Assembly (NCBI GenBank): GCA_963803975.1
Contig: CAWDOY010000019.1
Location: forward strand, 11,723 to 75,722
From: an uncultured delta proteobacterium
Lineage (GTDB): Bacteria; Desulfobacterota; WTBG01; CAIYCZ01
Direction: 5' to 3'
Length of the DNA: 64,000 bases
Part shown: positions 10,041-20,424 of the stretch, piece by piece
Position numbering within the stretch: position 1 is the stretch's first letter
Layout of the letters: every line of letters starts with the position of its first letter
The notes under the pieces: model-generated
The model's input: the letters and a program-made list of their open reading frames with translations, nothing else
Database searches by the model: none
What the model was told of the DNA's origin: nothing
Position numbers and translations under genes: made by a program

Positions 10041-10753
10041 AACAGGATACCGGACAGCCACAGCCGGGTTCATCAGGGCATAGCCACGGGGCCGAAAAAT
10101 ATTACCTGCGCCTGAACCTGCATGAAAGAATCCAGCACCACCTCACCTGGTCTACCTTTGTGGTTTTGGCCCTCACCGGATTCATGGTGGAATTTCCTGA
10201 AGAATGGATCGCTGTCTTCGGCTCATACCAGGAAGCGGTGTTTTACTGGCGCGGAATTATTCACCGGGTTGCAGCAGTCGTGATGGTGTTCAACATGGTT
10301 TATCAGGCCTGGTATATGCTGCTGACGGAAGCCGGAAGAAACTATTTAGCTGCAATGCTGCCGAGGCTGCAGGATGCCAAAGATATTAAGCACAATCTCG
10401 CCTATTATATCGAGCTGACTCATGACAAGCCGCGATTTGACCGGTTTAATTACAAGGAGAAGCTTGAATTCTGGACCGGGCTGATCGGCGGCATCATCAT
10501 TACCGTGACCGGCTTTTTTCTCTGGTTTCAGCAATATTTCCCAAAATTTATATTTGATGTATCTGTTCTGGTGCACACCATGGAGGCGATCCTGGCATCC
10601 AGCGCAATCATGGTGTGGCATTTTTACGAGGTACATCTGAAACCGGGTAAATTCCCCATGTCAACAATCTGGCTGGACGGCAAAATCTCGGAACACGAGC
10701 TGAAAGAAGAGCATCCGCTTGAGTATGAGCGGATAGTGAATAGTGAAAAGTGA
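10037..10753 (+). CDS. Diheme cytochrome b, FdnI/HydC-like (module 1)
   Basis: Four hydrophobic helices with RIQHH...LALTG, IHRVAA, RFNYKEKLEFW, VHTMEA and WHFYEVH. ATGA overlap with the upstream gene. Confidence 0.9.
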   Translation: MKQDTGQPQPGSSGHSHGAEKYYLRLNLHERIQHHLTWSTFVVLALTGFMVEFPEEWIAVFGSYQEAVFYWRGIIHRVAAVVMVFNMVYQAWYMLLTEAGRNYLAAMLPRLQDAKDIKHNLAYYIELTHDKPRFDRFNYKEKLEFWTGLIGGIIITVTGFFLWFQQYFPKFIFDVSVLVHTMEAILASSAIMVWHFYEVHLKPGKFPMSTIWLDGKISEHELKEEHPLEYERIVNSEK

Positions 10754-10800
10754 AACGTGGAAACGTGGAAAGTGGAAAGTGGAAAGTGGAAAGTGGAAAG
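10737..10800 (+). repeat. Heptamer tandem repeat (GTGGAAA)n overlapping the stop codon
   Basis: gtgaata gtgaaaa gtgaaac gtggaaac gtggaaa x5. Confidence 0.85.
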
Positions 10801-10885
10801 ATATATTGCCTTGTTGTTTATCAGAGGTTTAATCATTCTCCGCTGACAGCTGAACGCTGAGCTGAAGGCTGTGAGTTAACTGAAA

Positions 10886-11653
10886 ATGACAAATCCCTTA
10901 CTGAAACTTATCTCCAAGCTGCTTGGATTCCTGGCGTTGCTGGCCATTATTTTCTGCTTATACAGCCTCGCCCGGTTTCTCTATTTCCAGCCCCACCGGC
11001 AACCCGTGTCCAGAGAGCAGGTTGTTGCTGAAAAGTTCAGTAAAAAGCTGCGCCGCGACATAGGAACCGGCCATTTCCATGTGTCGGATGAGCCTATAAC
11101 CACTGATATTGAGACCGCCCCCATGTGCCTGCGCTGCCACGGTAATTTCTGCCACAACAAATCTGAAGAATTCAGATCATATTATAATATGCATACTTTT
11201 TTCCTTGCCTGTGAAACCTGCCACATCAGGAAGGAGCAGGGCTCAGCTATCCGGTTTACATGGTTTGACGACAAGACCGGCACGGAGTTGAAACAGGTTA
11301 AGGGTCAGGATGAAAACTATGGGGCTAAAATTGTACCCGTCAAGCCAGAAGGGCAGGGGTTTGAGCGGCTTGATGTATTTCCTGAGAATGAACCTGGCGT
11401 TTGATTTTTTAAAAAATAAAGATAGTTATGCTGCTGAACAAAAGGAAAAAATTAAACAGCAACTGATGAAACATATCTCCAAGAAACCCGTAACCTGTGA
11501 GGAATGTCACTGCAAAGAAGCATATCTGAACTACAGGACCTGGGATATGATGCAAACCGTTCTGCAGACCTTTCCCGCATCGAGATTGTGAAAATGATCA
11601 AGGAGTATAAGGATTTCAAATTCCCGGTTATTTTTGGTTCAGAAAAAAAATAG
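10886..11653 (+). CDS. Membrane-anchored triheme cytochrome c (module 1; frameshifts at ~11392 and ~11537)
   Basis: N-terminal TM helix, HFH, CLRCH...NMH...CETCH and CEECH. The rejoined C-terminus LGYDANRSADLSRIEIVKMIKEYKDFKFPVIF matches the two paralogues. Confidence 0.82.
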
Positions 11654-11790
11654 GTGTGATGCAGGGCGATGCTTCCCCATGGTACAGTACCGGTAATGCC
11701 GGGTTTCCTGTTTTCTCTACCCCCAGCACAAACCACACTGAGTAGTAGATAGTTATTATAAAACGCTTTGTCTATGAGGAGAATGCCTGC

Positions 11791-12876
11791 GTGCAGCATA
11801 AAAATGCATCAACAATCATTGTCCGCTTCTTAGTGCTGGCAGTGACCGCACTGCTTGTTTTCTGCGGCTCATCTGCGTATGCTTTTGACGAGGAAAACTG
11901 CCTCTTCTGCCATCAATACCGGGGCTTGAGCTATCACAACAAGGAGGGCAAATTCAAACTCCTGTATGTCACTGAAGACATGTATGTGAAGAGCCCCCAC
12001 GGCAACCTGCGGTGCACGGACTGTCACGCCAATGTTGACAAATTCCCCCACGGCGAGCCGAAGAAGGTCGACTGCCTGCTGGTCTGCCATATGAACGAGC
12101 CGTCATCGGGCAAGCAGTTTTCCCATAAGAAAGTGGGTGACTTTTTATCTAAAAGCGCCCACAGCCCGGTAGACAAAGACGGCAAGCCCAAACAGGATGC
12201 CGCTGACTACCCGGACTGCAAAGCCTGCCACCAGGACCCGCTCTACCGCCCGCTGGCCTTTCTCAAACAGGAACGGCCGGGCCTTGCAGAGAACACAATT
12301 TACCGATGTTCCATCTGTCATGAGAATAAGGACTTTATGCGCAAGTTTTACAACCACTTTACCTCGCGGATGCAGAAGCTGCGCAGCCCCAGGGAACAGG
12401 TGGAAATGTGTTCCGAGTGCCATGCTGATACTGCCATGATGAAGCGGCACAACCTGGAAAATGTCATCGTCTCCTATCTGGAAACCTATCACGGCAAGGC
12501 AGTATCCCTGGGCAATGAACTGGCAGCAGACTGCAATGACTGCCACGTGGTGCCCGGGGAATCGATACATTCGATACGGAATTTTAAGGACCCTGAGTCA
12601 GCGGCGCACAAAGACAATATATACAAAACATGTTCTGCCGTTGAGTGCCACCCCAAGGCGGCACTCAACCTTGCGGGCTACAAGGCGCATGTTATTGTCG
12701 CGCCGCACAAGAACCCTGTTGAGTTTTATGCGGTAGTCTTTTTCGTACTGCTCACGCTCGGCAGCTTTATTCCCCTGATGCTGTTTACCGTGCTTGATAT
12801 GCTGCGCAATATTTTCCCCAATGCAGCTTTGATTAAAAAGGAAAAAAAGGAAGATGAGATCGATACAAGTAATTGA
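11791..12876 (+). CDS. Membrane-anchored octaheme cytochrome c (module 2)
   Basis: AYAFDEENCLFCH start is paralogous to 8877. 6 CXXCH plus CLLVCH and CSAVECH; C-terminal TM helix. Confidence 0.88.
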   Translation: MQHKNASTIIVRFLVLAVTALLVFCGSSAYAFDEENCLFCHQYRGLSYHNKEGKFKLLYVTEDMYVKSPHGNLRCTDCHANVDKFPHGEPKKVDCLLVCHMNEPSSGKQFSHKKVGDFLSKSAHSPVDKDGKPKQDAADYPDCKACHQDPLYRPLAFLKQERPGLAENTIYRCSICHENKDFMRKFYNHFTSRMQKLRSPREQVEMCSECHADTAMMKRHNLENVIVSYLETYHGKAVSLGNELAADCNDCHVVPGESIHSIRNFKDPESAAHKDNIYKTCSAVECHPKAALNLAGYKAHVIVAPHKNPVEFYAVVFFVLLTLGSFIPLMLFTVLDMLRNIFPNAALIKKEKKEDEIDTSN

Positions 12877-14525
12877 GAAAAACGGAAAGCTCTATTTCCA
12901 ACGGCTCACGTTAAACCAGCGCATCCAGCATGTCCTGCTGTTTGTCTCCTTTACCCTGCTTGCTGCTACCGGCCTGCCGCTGAAGTTCCACTCAACGTGG
13001 TGGGGGCCAAAGTTCTACGCCCTGGTGGGAGGCATCACCTACGCACCCATAATCCACCGCATAAGTGCCGTGATTATGACTGCAACCTTCATATACCACG
13101 CGATCTACGTGCTGGTCGCCTTCTACCGTTACTATATTGTTCCCCTCAAGGAAGAGGGAAGGCTCACCCTGTGGACCTTTTTGGGCGCGTTTGCGGAGAT
13201 GCCCATGGTTCCAAACTTGACGGACATCAAAGAGCTTTTCAGAGTTCTCAAATACTTCCTGTTTATCACCAACGAGCGGCCATCGCTGGTGTTTCACGGG
13301 CTGAAGGAGAAGTTCGGCTATTTGGCAGTGTTCTGGGGTATTCCGGTTATCGGCATATCCGGCTATTTTTTGTGGTACAAGGAATATGTCACCCAGTTTT
13401 TCTCCGGCAATGTTCTGAACTTTGCCTATATCGCACACAGTGACGAGGCGTTTCTCGCGAGCATTGTTATCTTCATCTGGCACCTCTACAACGTGCACCT
13501 GGCGCCGGCGGTATTCCCCATGGGTTTTGCGTGGCTGAACGGCCTGATTAACGAGCGGGAGATGGTTGAGTACCACTATGAAGACTACTTAAAGGCGATG
13601 AAGGACGCAGGCTTGCAGGACCGGATACGGCCCAATGCGCTTAATGTGAGCTTTAAAACGGGCTTTTTATCGCGGATCGTTGAAAAGGCGTTCATGGGTC
13701 TCTATATTGCGGCAATTATTGCAGCCACGGTGGTCATCAGCCGCGTTATTTACCACTCTGCTTTTATCATGGGCTACCAGATTGTAACCACCGAGCCAAA
13801 ACATGAAGTTGAAGTGCAGGCAGAGCCGAAATTTATTGAAGAAGTGGTGCTGGAAGCTTCCGAAGGCAAACAGATGTACCGGGGCTACCGTTTTATTGAG
13901 GAAAAAAATATCAAGAAGCATTATCACCGCATTGAGCTGAAGGTAGGCCCTGATAACGCCTCCCCGTGCATCAAGTGCCACGGAGATCTGCCGCATGGCA
14001 AATCAGAGCAGCTCAGGGCATTCCTCAACATGCACAATTTATATTTTGGCTGTCGAACCTGCCATGTCCGCCCCCGGGAAGGAAAGAAAGGCCTGAGCTA
14101 TTTCTGGTATAAACGATCTACCGGCGAGGTTGTGCTGAATCCGCAGATCGGCGATGCACCGATTGACTCGCTTGATCTAAAACTCACGCCCTGTGAAGCC
14201 TGTGAGGGCAAAGCCCGACCTGAAGATAATTGATGATGAGCGCGCACTATTCAGTACATTGATCGGGAGCCTGGAGGAGAAGAGCCTGAGCAAGGAACAG
14301 AAAAAAAAGATACTCGAGCAGATTCATAAGGATACTTCCAAGCAGCCGGTCACCTGCAACGAGTGCCACAGCAGTAAAAACCCGTTTATACCGCTGATCG
14401 ATATCGGATATCCAAAGGAACGGGCAGCCATGGTGACCAGCGATCAGATAACCAAAATGATTGACCAGTACGAAGTGTTTCACACGCCGAAATTTTTAGA
14501 ACCCGAGAGGCAGCCTAAAAAATAA
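12854..14525 (+). CDS. Cytochrome b fused to a triheme cytochrome c (module 2; frameshift at ~14228)
   Basis: RIQH...LAATGLP, IHRISA, KEKFGYLAVFWG, AHSDEA, WHLYNVH, then an extra TM helix and CIKCH, CRTCH and CNECH (ORF 14193-14525). Confidence 0.88.
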
Positions 14526-15475
14526 TGAAGCGCCGCAGAATATTTTTCTTCTTTCTGACTGCAGGAGTGGTTCTTTTTTCTTCAGGCAGCGCTCATGCCT
14601 TTAAGATAACCCCGCTCAAGCACCTGTTTGACCTTGAGCACGGCTTTCTCCAGCCCAGCGACGTTGAGGTGGGTAAGGACCACAGAATATACGTGCTTGA
14701 CGGGGTGAACAACCAGGTGAAGGTGTTTGATGAAAAAGGTCCATTCCTGTTTTCCTTTGGCAGCAGGGGTCAAGCAAAGGGCCAGTTTGAATCTCCCCTC
14801 GGCCTCTCCATTGACAGCACGGGCAGGGTCTTTGTGGCTGATACCGGCAACCGGCGCGTGCAGCTATTTTCTGCTGAGGGAAAAGCGCAGTCTGAATTTT
14901 CCATCACGTTAAAAGATGCGCAGCATGCCTGCGACCCGGTAGATCTCGCGCTTGATGAGAAACGCAATAGAATATACGTGGTTGATAATGAGAACCACAA
15001 AGTGCTTTTGTACTCCCTTGACAAGTTTTCCTTCCTTGAGAGCTGGGGAAAAGAAGGTGATGGACGCCAGGAATTCCGCTACCCGTTTTTTATAGCAGCG
15101 GGAAAGGACGGTACGGTTTTAATCGTGGACGTGCTCAATACCCGGGTCCAGGCATGGGACCCGAAGGGCAGGGCAATAAGCACCATTGGTGAATGGGGCG
15201 TTGACGTGAGCCAGTTCTACCGGCCCAAGGGAGTATGCGTGGATAAGGACAACCGGGTGTTTGCCAGTGACAGCTATCTGGGGGCAATCCAGGTATTCAA
15301 CCGTTACGGCAGCTTCCTGTCAGTGCTGGGGGATGAGTCCGGGAAAATCATCAAATGGAAAACACCTGTTGGCATGGCAATTGATGACCGGCAGCGGCTG
15401 TACGTGGTGGACATGATTGCCAACCGGGTGTGTGTATATCAAATTTTAGACAAAGATATTGAGGTGGCCAGATGA
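14525..15475 (+). CDS. Secreted NHL-repeat beta-propeller protein
   Basis: Repeated F..P.G/D.......YV.D..N.RV..F units and a signal peptide AHA-F. Confidence 0.92.
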   Translation: MKRRRIFFFFLTAGVVLFSSGSAHAFKITPLKHLFDLEHGFLQPSDVEVGKDHRIYVLDGVNNQVKVFDEKGPFLFSFGSRGQAKGQFESPLGLSIDSTGRVFVADTGNRRVQLFSAEGKAQSEFSITLKDAQHACDPVDLALDEKRNRIYVVDNENHKVLLYSLDKFSFLESWGKEGDGRQEFRYPFFIAAGKDGTVLIVDVLNTRVQAWDPKGRAISTIGEWGVDVSQFYRPKGVCVDKDNRVFASDSYLGAIQVFNRYGSFLSVLGDESGKIIKWKTPVGMAIDDRQRLYVVDMIANRVCVYQILDKDIEVAR

Positions 15476-17349
15476 ACCGCAAAAAAATTGTGCTGCTCTG
15501 TATTGTTGCTTGTCTTTTGCTGTTGCCCCTATGGTGCTCCCTGTCATTTGCCCGTGACCCTGAAAACTGCCTGTTCTGCCACAAGTACCGGAGGCTCCGG
15601 GGGTATGATGAAAAGGGGGTTCTGCACAATTATTATGTGGATGCAAAGCTGCATAATGAATCTATCCATCGCGACGTGGCGTGCGTTGACTGCCACACGG
15701 ATATTGACCAGGTGCCCCACAAGGCTGAAGCTAAGAAGGTTGACTGCTCCAAGGAGTGCCATATCGATAAATGGAAGATTATGAGCGGCGGCCCCTTTTC
15801 CCACCGGGATGTTGCCGAGAATTATCGCAGCAGCATTCACGGCGTCAAGCCTGATGACAAGCCGGAAGTCGCCCAGCTGAAGCCTGACTGCAAATACTGC
15901 CACCTGGATGATGTCTATGAGCTGTCTGAAGAGGTGCCTTCAGACGCCGTGCTGAAGCGCTGCATGAACTGCCATAAGGAAAAAGGGCTGAAGGATATCT
16001 TTATCCATATCTATCACCGCTTCAAGCGCAAGCATGTGAGAAAGCCGCTTGAAATCGTGGAGCTGTGCTCAGGCTGTCATGCGGACAAGGATTTTCAGAA
16101 TGTCATGGGGTTTACCGGCGCGCGCGCGGAAGTGGTTGAGACCTACAAGGAGACCATCCACTACCGCATCCTGCAGCTGGGGGGGCAGGATACGGCTGAC
16201 TGCACCAATTGTCATGCCGGTGGAACAATACATAACATTCTGCCGTCCTCAGACCCGAAATCATCCGTCAACCCGGAGAACCGGTACCGCACCTGTCAGG
16301 CTGAAGGCTGTCATCCCGGGGCCAGTCCGAAGATATCAAATATTGACAGTCATCTGAGCAAGGACAAGGATAAGGGCATTGAAATCACCGTGGTTGAATC
16401 AGCCATGCAGGGGGTGATGTGGTTTACCCTGTTTTTCCTCTTTACCCTCATGGGCATGGAGACCTACGGCCGGCTGAGAAACCGTGATGCGCGGTTCGCC
16501 CGCTGGCTGCGGGTTCCGCAGAAATACCCCGGCAACATGCCGGCCGGGGAACATCATCTCGGCGAAATACCGAACCTGCACCGCTATGTGGAGTTCAATC
16601 CCAAAGGAGATTATCCCCGGTATTCAATTAATATCGTAATCAATCATTTCCTGGTCGGGATTACCTTCACCGTGGCAGTTGCTACCGGCCTGCCTCTCTA
16701 TTTTCACAACTCCGCCATCTCCCATGAAGTAATAAATCTCGTGGGCGGGATTAATGTGACACGGGTAATACACCGTTTCAACGCAGCCCTGTTTACGTTT
16801 AACTGCATCTATCATCTCATCGTGCTGCTCTGCGGAACGTTGAAAAAAATGAGCAGCAGGACCTTTGACATCCGCCGCACCCAGTTTCCCCTGTGGAAGG
16901 ATGCGAAAGACCTCTATTTTGATATCCGCTATTTCCTCGGGCTGGAGAAGGCGCGGCCGCACATGGAAAAGTTCATGTACAAGCAGAAAGTCCACTACCT
17001 GGCAATGATCTGGGGCTGCTCGGTACTGACCTTATCCGGGGTGTGCCTGCTGTTCCCGGAAAGCATGGTCACGTATCTTCCGTTCCCGAAAGTCTCTTTT
17101 AACCTGCTGCGCCTGCTCCATGCGGACGAGAGCGTACTGGCCTTCCTGGTCATTACGCTCTGGCACCTCTACAATGTGCACATCGCTCCGGGCCGCTTCC
17201 CTCTGCAATGGGCATTCTGGAACGGCCGCATTACCAGGGATCATCAGATAGAGGAGCACTTTCTCGAGTATGAGCGGCAGGTGAAAGAGGGCGTTGCAGA
17301 ATGCGAAGAAGACAAGCTGGCGAAAGGAGGGCAGCGCAATGAGCAGTAA
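15472..17349 (+). CDS. Octaheme cytochrome c fused to cytochrome b, CbcL-like architecture (module 3)
   Basis: DPENCLFCH, 6 CXXCH plus CSKECH and CQAEGCH, a TM helix, then cytochrome b motifs NH..., ATGLP, IHRFNA, KFMYKQKVHY, LHADE and WHLYNVH. Confidence 0.9.
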   Translation: MNRKKIVLLCIVACLLLLPLWCSLSFARDPENCLFCHKYRRLRGYDEKGVLHNYYVDAKLHNESIHRDVACVDCHTDIDQVPHKAEAKKVDCSKECHIDKWKIMSGGPFSHRDVAENYRSSIHGVKPDDKPEVAQLKPDCKYCHLDDVYELSEEVPSDAVLKRCMNCHKEKGLKDIFIHIYHRFKRKHVRKPLEIVELCSGCHADKDFQNVMGFTGARAEVVETYKETIHYRILQLGGQDTADCTNCHAGGTIHNILPSSDPKSSVNPENRYRTCQAEGCHPGASPKISNIDSHLSKDKDKGIEITVVESAMQGVMWFTLFFLFTLMGMETYGRLRNRDARFARWLRVPQKYPGNMPAGEHHLGEIPNLHRYVEFNPKGDYPRYSINIVINHFLVGITFTVAVATGLPLYFHNSAISHEVINLVGGINVTRVIHRFNAALFTFNCIYHLIVLLCGTLKKMSSRTFDIRRTQFPLWKDAKDLYFDIRYFLGLEKARPHMEKFMYKQKVHYLAMIWGCSVLTLSGVCLLFPESMVTYLPFPKVSFNLLRLLHADESVLAFLVITLWHLYNVHIAPGRFPLQWAFWNGRITRDHQIEEHFLEYERQVKEGVAECEEDKLAKGGQRNEQ

Positions 17350-18160
17350 TGGAAAAAAATCGACCGCAGAGCCGTTTATCGCTTTTATCATTATTATCGC
17401 TCTTGCGGCACTCCTCAGCGCGTATCTTACGTTCAGGGTGCAGTTTGAGCGGCGCAAGGAGCCAGCCGAACCAAAGACTAAAGAGGTGTCGTTCCAGACG
17501 CTGCGCGTAAAAGAGCAGGAGCGTAAACAGAAGCATGAACATTTTCACCTGGTGACTGAAGACGTGAATCTTGAAGCATGGGCAGACAAATCAACCTGCC
17601 TGATCTGTCATTCGCCCTATCCCCACGGAAAGAACAAGAAAGCCAAGGCCATCATGAACCTGCACACCGAGTTTTTGACCTGCCATGCATGCCATTCAAA
17701 AGAGGAGTTCGAGGGGAAGGTCAAGTTCGGATGGGTTAACCCAACCGCTCATAAGCCCCAGGGCAAGCCCTACGGCACGTCGATAGATGTTGCCAACGGC
17801 CTGTTTGCAGAGACTGATGACCATTATTCCAAGCTCACGCCTTTCATACCGGTAAGCGGTGCATGGAAGCCCGTGACCTCGGAAGAAGGGGTGGCAGAGG
17901 CAAAAACATATATGGAACAGGGCACAGCGTATTCGCCTGAGAAAAAGAAGGAGATCGAGGACCGGCTGCACCGGGGCACAGAGCTCAAAGAGTTTATCAA
18001 GTGCTCTTCCTGCCATTCGGCAAGCGGCATTATGAATTTCAAGGAGCTGGGCTTTGACCCGGCACGCATAAATCAGCTGGTGAAAATGGAAATCGGCGGC
18101 ATGATAACCAATTATGATGTATTCTATTTCCCGCAGATCTTTGAGGAAAAATTCAAGTAG
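17339..18160 (+). CDS. Membrane-anchored triheme cytochrome c (module 3)
   Basis: RBS AAGGAGG before ATG 17339, TM helix, HFH, CLICH..PH, CHACH, CSSCH. Confidence 0.85.
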   Translation: MSSNGKKSTAEPFIAFIIIIALAALLSAYLTFRVQFERRKEPAEPKTKEVSFQTLRVKEQERKQKHEHFHLVTEDVNLEAWADKSTCLICHSPYPHGKNKKAKAIMNLHTEFLTCHACHSKEEFEGKVKFGWVNPTAHKPQGKPYGTSIDVANGLFAETDDHYSKLTPFIPVSGAWKPVTSEEGVAEAKTYMEQGTAYSPEKKKEIEDRLHRGTELKEFIKCSSCHSASGIMNFKELGFDPARINQLVKMEIGGMITNYDVFYFPQIFEEKFK

Positions 18161-18251
18161 GGATTCGGGAATCGGGACTCGGGGTTAGATTCTTACCTTA
18201 TATACATCTGAGGATTTTTCTCTCGGATTATTTTCGAGACATAGTATCCTG

Positions 18252-18304
18252 CTGTAGGAGCGGCTTCAGCCGCGAAACAGGCGCGCATAAATGCGCTCCT
18301 ACAG
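18252..18304. repeat. GTAG-family REP doublet
   Basis: CTGTAGGAGCG...CGCTCCTACAG 11-bp inverted arms enclosing GCGGCTTCAGCCGC. Confidence 0.75.
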
Positions 18305-18319
18305 AAATTTCAAATATTT

Positions 18320-20419
18320 TTGGCTATGTTTTTGTCTGTTGTCAGTATTCTGTATTCATTTGCGCGTATGCATAAAAACTCTATTATAGTACTCTCTATA
18401 ATTATCTGTATATGCCTTGGCGTCCTTCCCGCGCATGCCCAGCTGCGGGCTCCCCGCCAGACTGATTCGGCAAAAAAATGCGCCATCTGCCATTACCGCT
18501 GGATCTACACTTTTTATGTTGAACACCGGGGCACGCCTCTGGCCCCGCTTGATGAAAAAGAAGTTGTGGGCAGCAGTGAGATGTGCCTTTCCTGCCACGA
18601 TGGCTCGGTGCGGGACTCACGGGATAAAATCTGCAATGACCCCGGACATCGGGTAGGTATCGTGCCGTCACAACACGTGAGAATCCCTAAAAACTTTCCG
18701 CTGGATGATCAGGGCAAAATGCAGTGTTCCACCTGCCACACCCCGCATGCGGTAAGTTTCGAGCAGGGCATGCAGTTCACCTTCTTTCTGAGAAGCGTCA
18801 ACAAGGATTCCTCGTTCTGCAAGGAGTGCCATGTTGAAAAGACCGGCGGGCCGGACAAGGGAAACCATCCGATTGATGTCTCGGCAAAGAAAGTTCCCGA
18901 ACTGATAATCAAGGCAGGCGGCAGGATGGGTAAATCAATGCCGGACCAGATAATATGTGAGACCTGTCATACCCCGCACGGCGGCGTTAATAACCAGCGG
19001 CTGGTGCTGTCTGTCGAGGATCCCCTCACCATGTCGGTGCTCTGCGAAGTCTGTCATACAAAAAGCCCTGATGCCATTAAAAATTCCGGCGCCAACCGCT
19101 TCTCGCACCCGCTTGATATAAGCCCGGATAAAGCTGTCCAGATACCAAAAAAATGGGCGTGCGGAGAGGACGTGGTGCTCGGTAAAGGAGGGGTGCTGGT
19201 GTGCCGCACCTGTCATAAGCCGCACCAGGCAATTGAAAAAAAGGTCCTTCTCGCAGACCGCAATATTCGGGATTCCATGTGCGGCGAGTGTCACCAGGGA
19301 AAACAGAATATCGCCGGCTCAAGCCATGATTTGAAGGTTTCAGCACCCAACGATAAGAACATCCAGGGAAAGCGCGCCGCGGAAATCGGCACGTGCTCCC
19401 CCTGCCACCTGGTGCACCAGGGTACTGCGCGCTATATGTGGGCGCAGCCGTTGAAAAATTCCGTCAGCACGCCGGATGACTTCTGCAAAACCTGCCACGC
19501 GCAGGGAGCAAGCGCGGAGAAAAAGCTTCCCGGGAAATTCTCCCACCCGATCGGCGTCCGGGTGACGCCGCAGGCGACATCGAAACTTCTTCCCCTGTCT
19601 GATGAAAGGGGCAACCGGGCAAACAATGGCATTATCCGCTGCTTTACCTGTCACGATGTCCATAATCCTGCACCGCTCTATGCGAGCACAGAGAGAAGAG
19701 AGATAAAACATGGCAAATTCCTGCGCCTCTCGCAGTCACAGCCTTCTGAGGTATGCATTGCGTGTCATGCAGCGCAGGGAATGATTCAGGGCACAGACCA
19801 CGATCTGCGGATTATTGATGCGCGCTATAAAAATGTGCTCGGTGTCCCGCTGCAGGGCGGCGGGATATGCAGCCCCTGCCATGCGGCACATAACGCGCCG
19901 CAGCAGCAGTACCTATGGGCAACTCCATTGGGGCCTGGCAGCCTGGATAAATGGAAGGGTCAAACCGGATACCGCGACAGCATCATGACTAAACTGTGCA
20001 CCGGATGCCACGCCCCGGGAAAAATCGCAGCGGAGAAAAATCCCCAATGCGCTTTTCATCCGGGCGCCATTACGGGTCATGCCGGCTCACACCAGCCCGG
20101 AGAAACGATTATTAATTACGACCTGTTTAATGAACAATATCCCGTTTATACTGACGCGGGAAAGGTGGGGAAGGGTGGCTTTATCGTCTGCTCGACCTGT
20201 CATAATCCTCATGTATGGAAAAACCAGCGTGAGAAAGGTCCCGGGAAAAAGGTTGAGGGAAATGCGACAAACAGTTTCTTAAGAGAACAAATTGTCTCCC
20301 AGTTCTGTGTGCGCTGCCATGGAGAGGAAGGGCCCTCTAAATTCCTCTACTTCCACAGCCAGCTCAGCAGGGAAAAAGCATCGTCACCGTTTCTGCAGTT
20401 CCAGGACACAGACAAATAG
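18320..20419 (+). CDS. Periplasmic 16-heme cytochrome c, doubled-CXXCH type (true start probably ATG 18368)
   Basis: 16 CXXCH counted; repeated HP...C.TCH.PH...LR...C..CH units; signal peptide AHA-Q. Confidence 0.9.
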   Translation: MAMFLSVVSILYSFARMHKNSIIVLSIIICICLGVLPAHAQLRAPRQTDSAKKCAICHYRWIYTFYVEHRGTPLAPLDEKEVVGSSEMCLSCHDGSVRDSRDKICNDPGHRVGIVPSQHVRIPKNFPLDDQGKMQCSTCHTPHAVSFEQGMQFTFFLRSVNKDSSFCKECHVEKTGGPDKGNHPIDVSAKKVPELIIKAGGRMGKSMPDQIICETCHTPHGGVNNQRLVLSVEDPLTMSVLCEVCHTKSPDAIKNSGANRFSHPLDISPDKAVQIPKKWACGEDVVLGKGGVLVCRTCHKPHQAIEKKVLLADRNIRDSMCGECHQGKQNIAGSSHDLKVSAPNDKNIQGKRAAEIGTCSPCHLVHQGTARYMWAQPLKNSVSTPDDFCKTCHAQGASAEKKLPGKFSHPIGVRVTPQATSKLLPLSDERGNRANNGIIRCFTCHDVHNPAPLYASTERREIKHGKFLRLSQSQPSEVCIACHAAQGMIQGTDHDLRIIDARYKNVLGVPLQGGGICSPCHAAHNAPQQQYLWATPLGPGSLDKWKGQTGYRDSIMTKLCTGCHAPGKIAAEKNPQCAFHPGAITGHAGSHQPGETIINYDLFNEQYPVYTDAGKVGKGGFIVCSTCHNPHVWKNQREKGPGKKVEGNATNSFLREQIVSQFCVRCHGEEGPSKFLYFHSQLSREKASSPFLQFQDTDK

Positions 20420-20424
20420 GTTAT

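Noticed and set aside
14190..14215. CEACE as an additional heme site
   Set aside because: It has no His after the second Cys and is absent from the two paralogous triheme domains.
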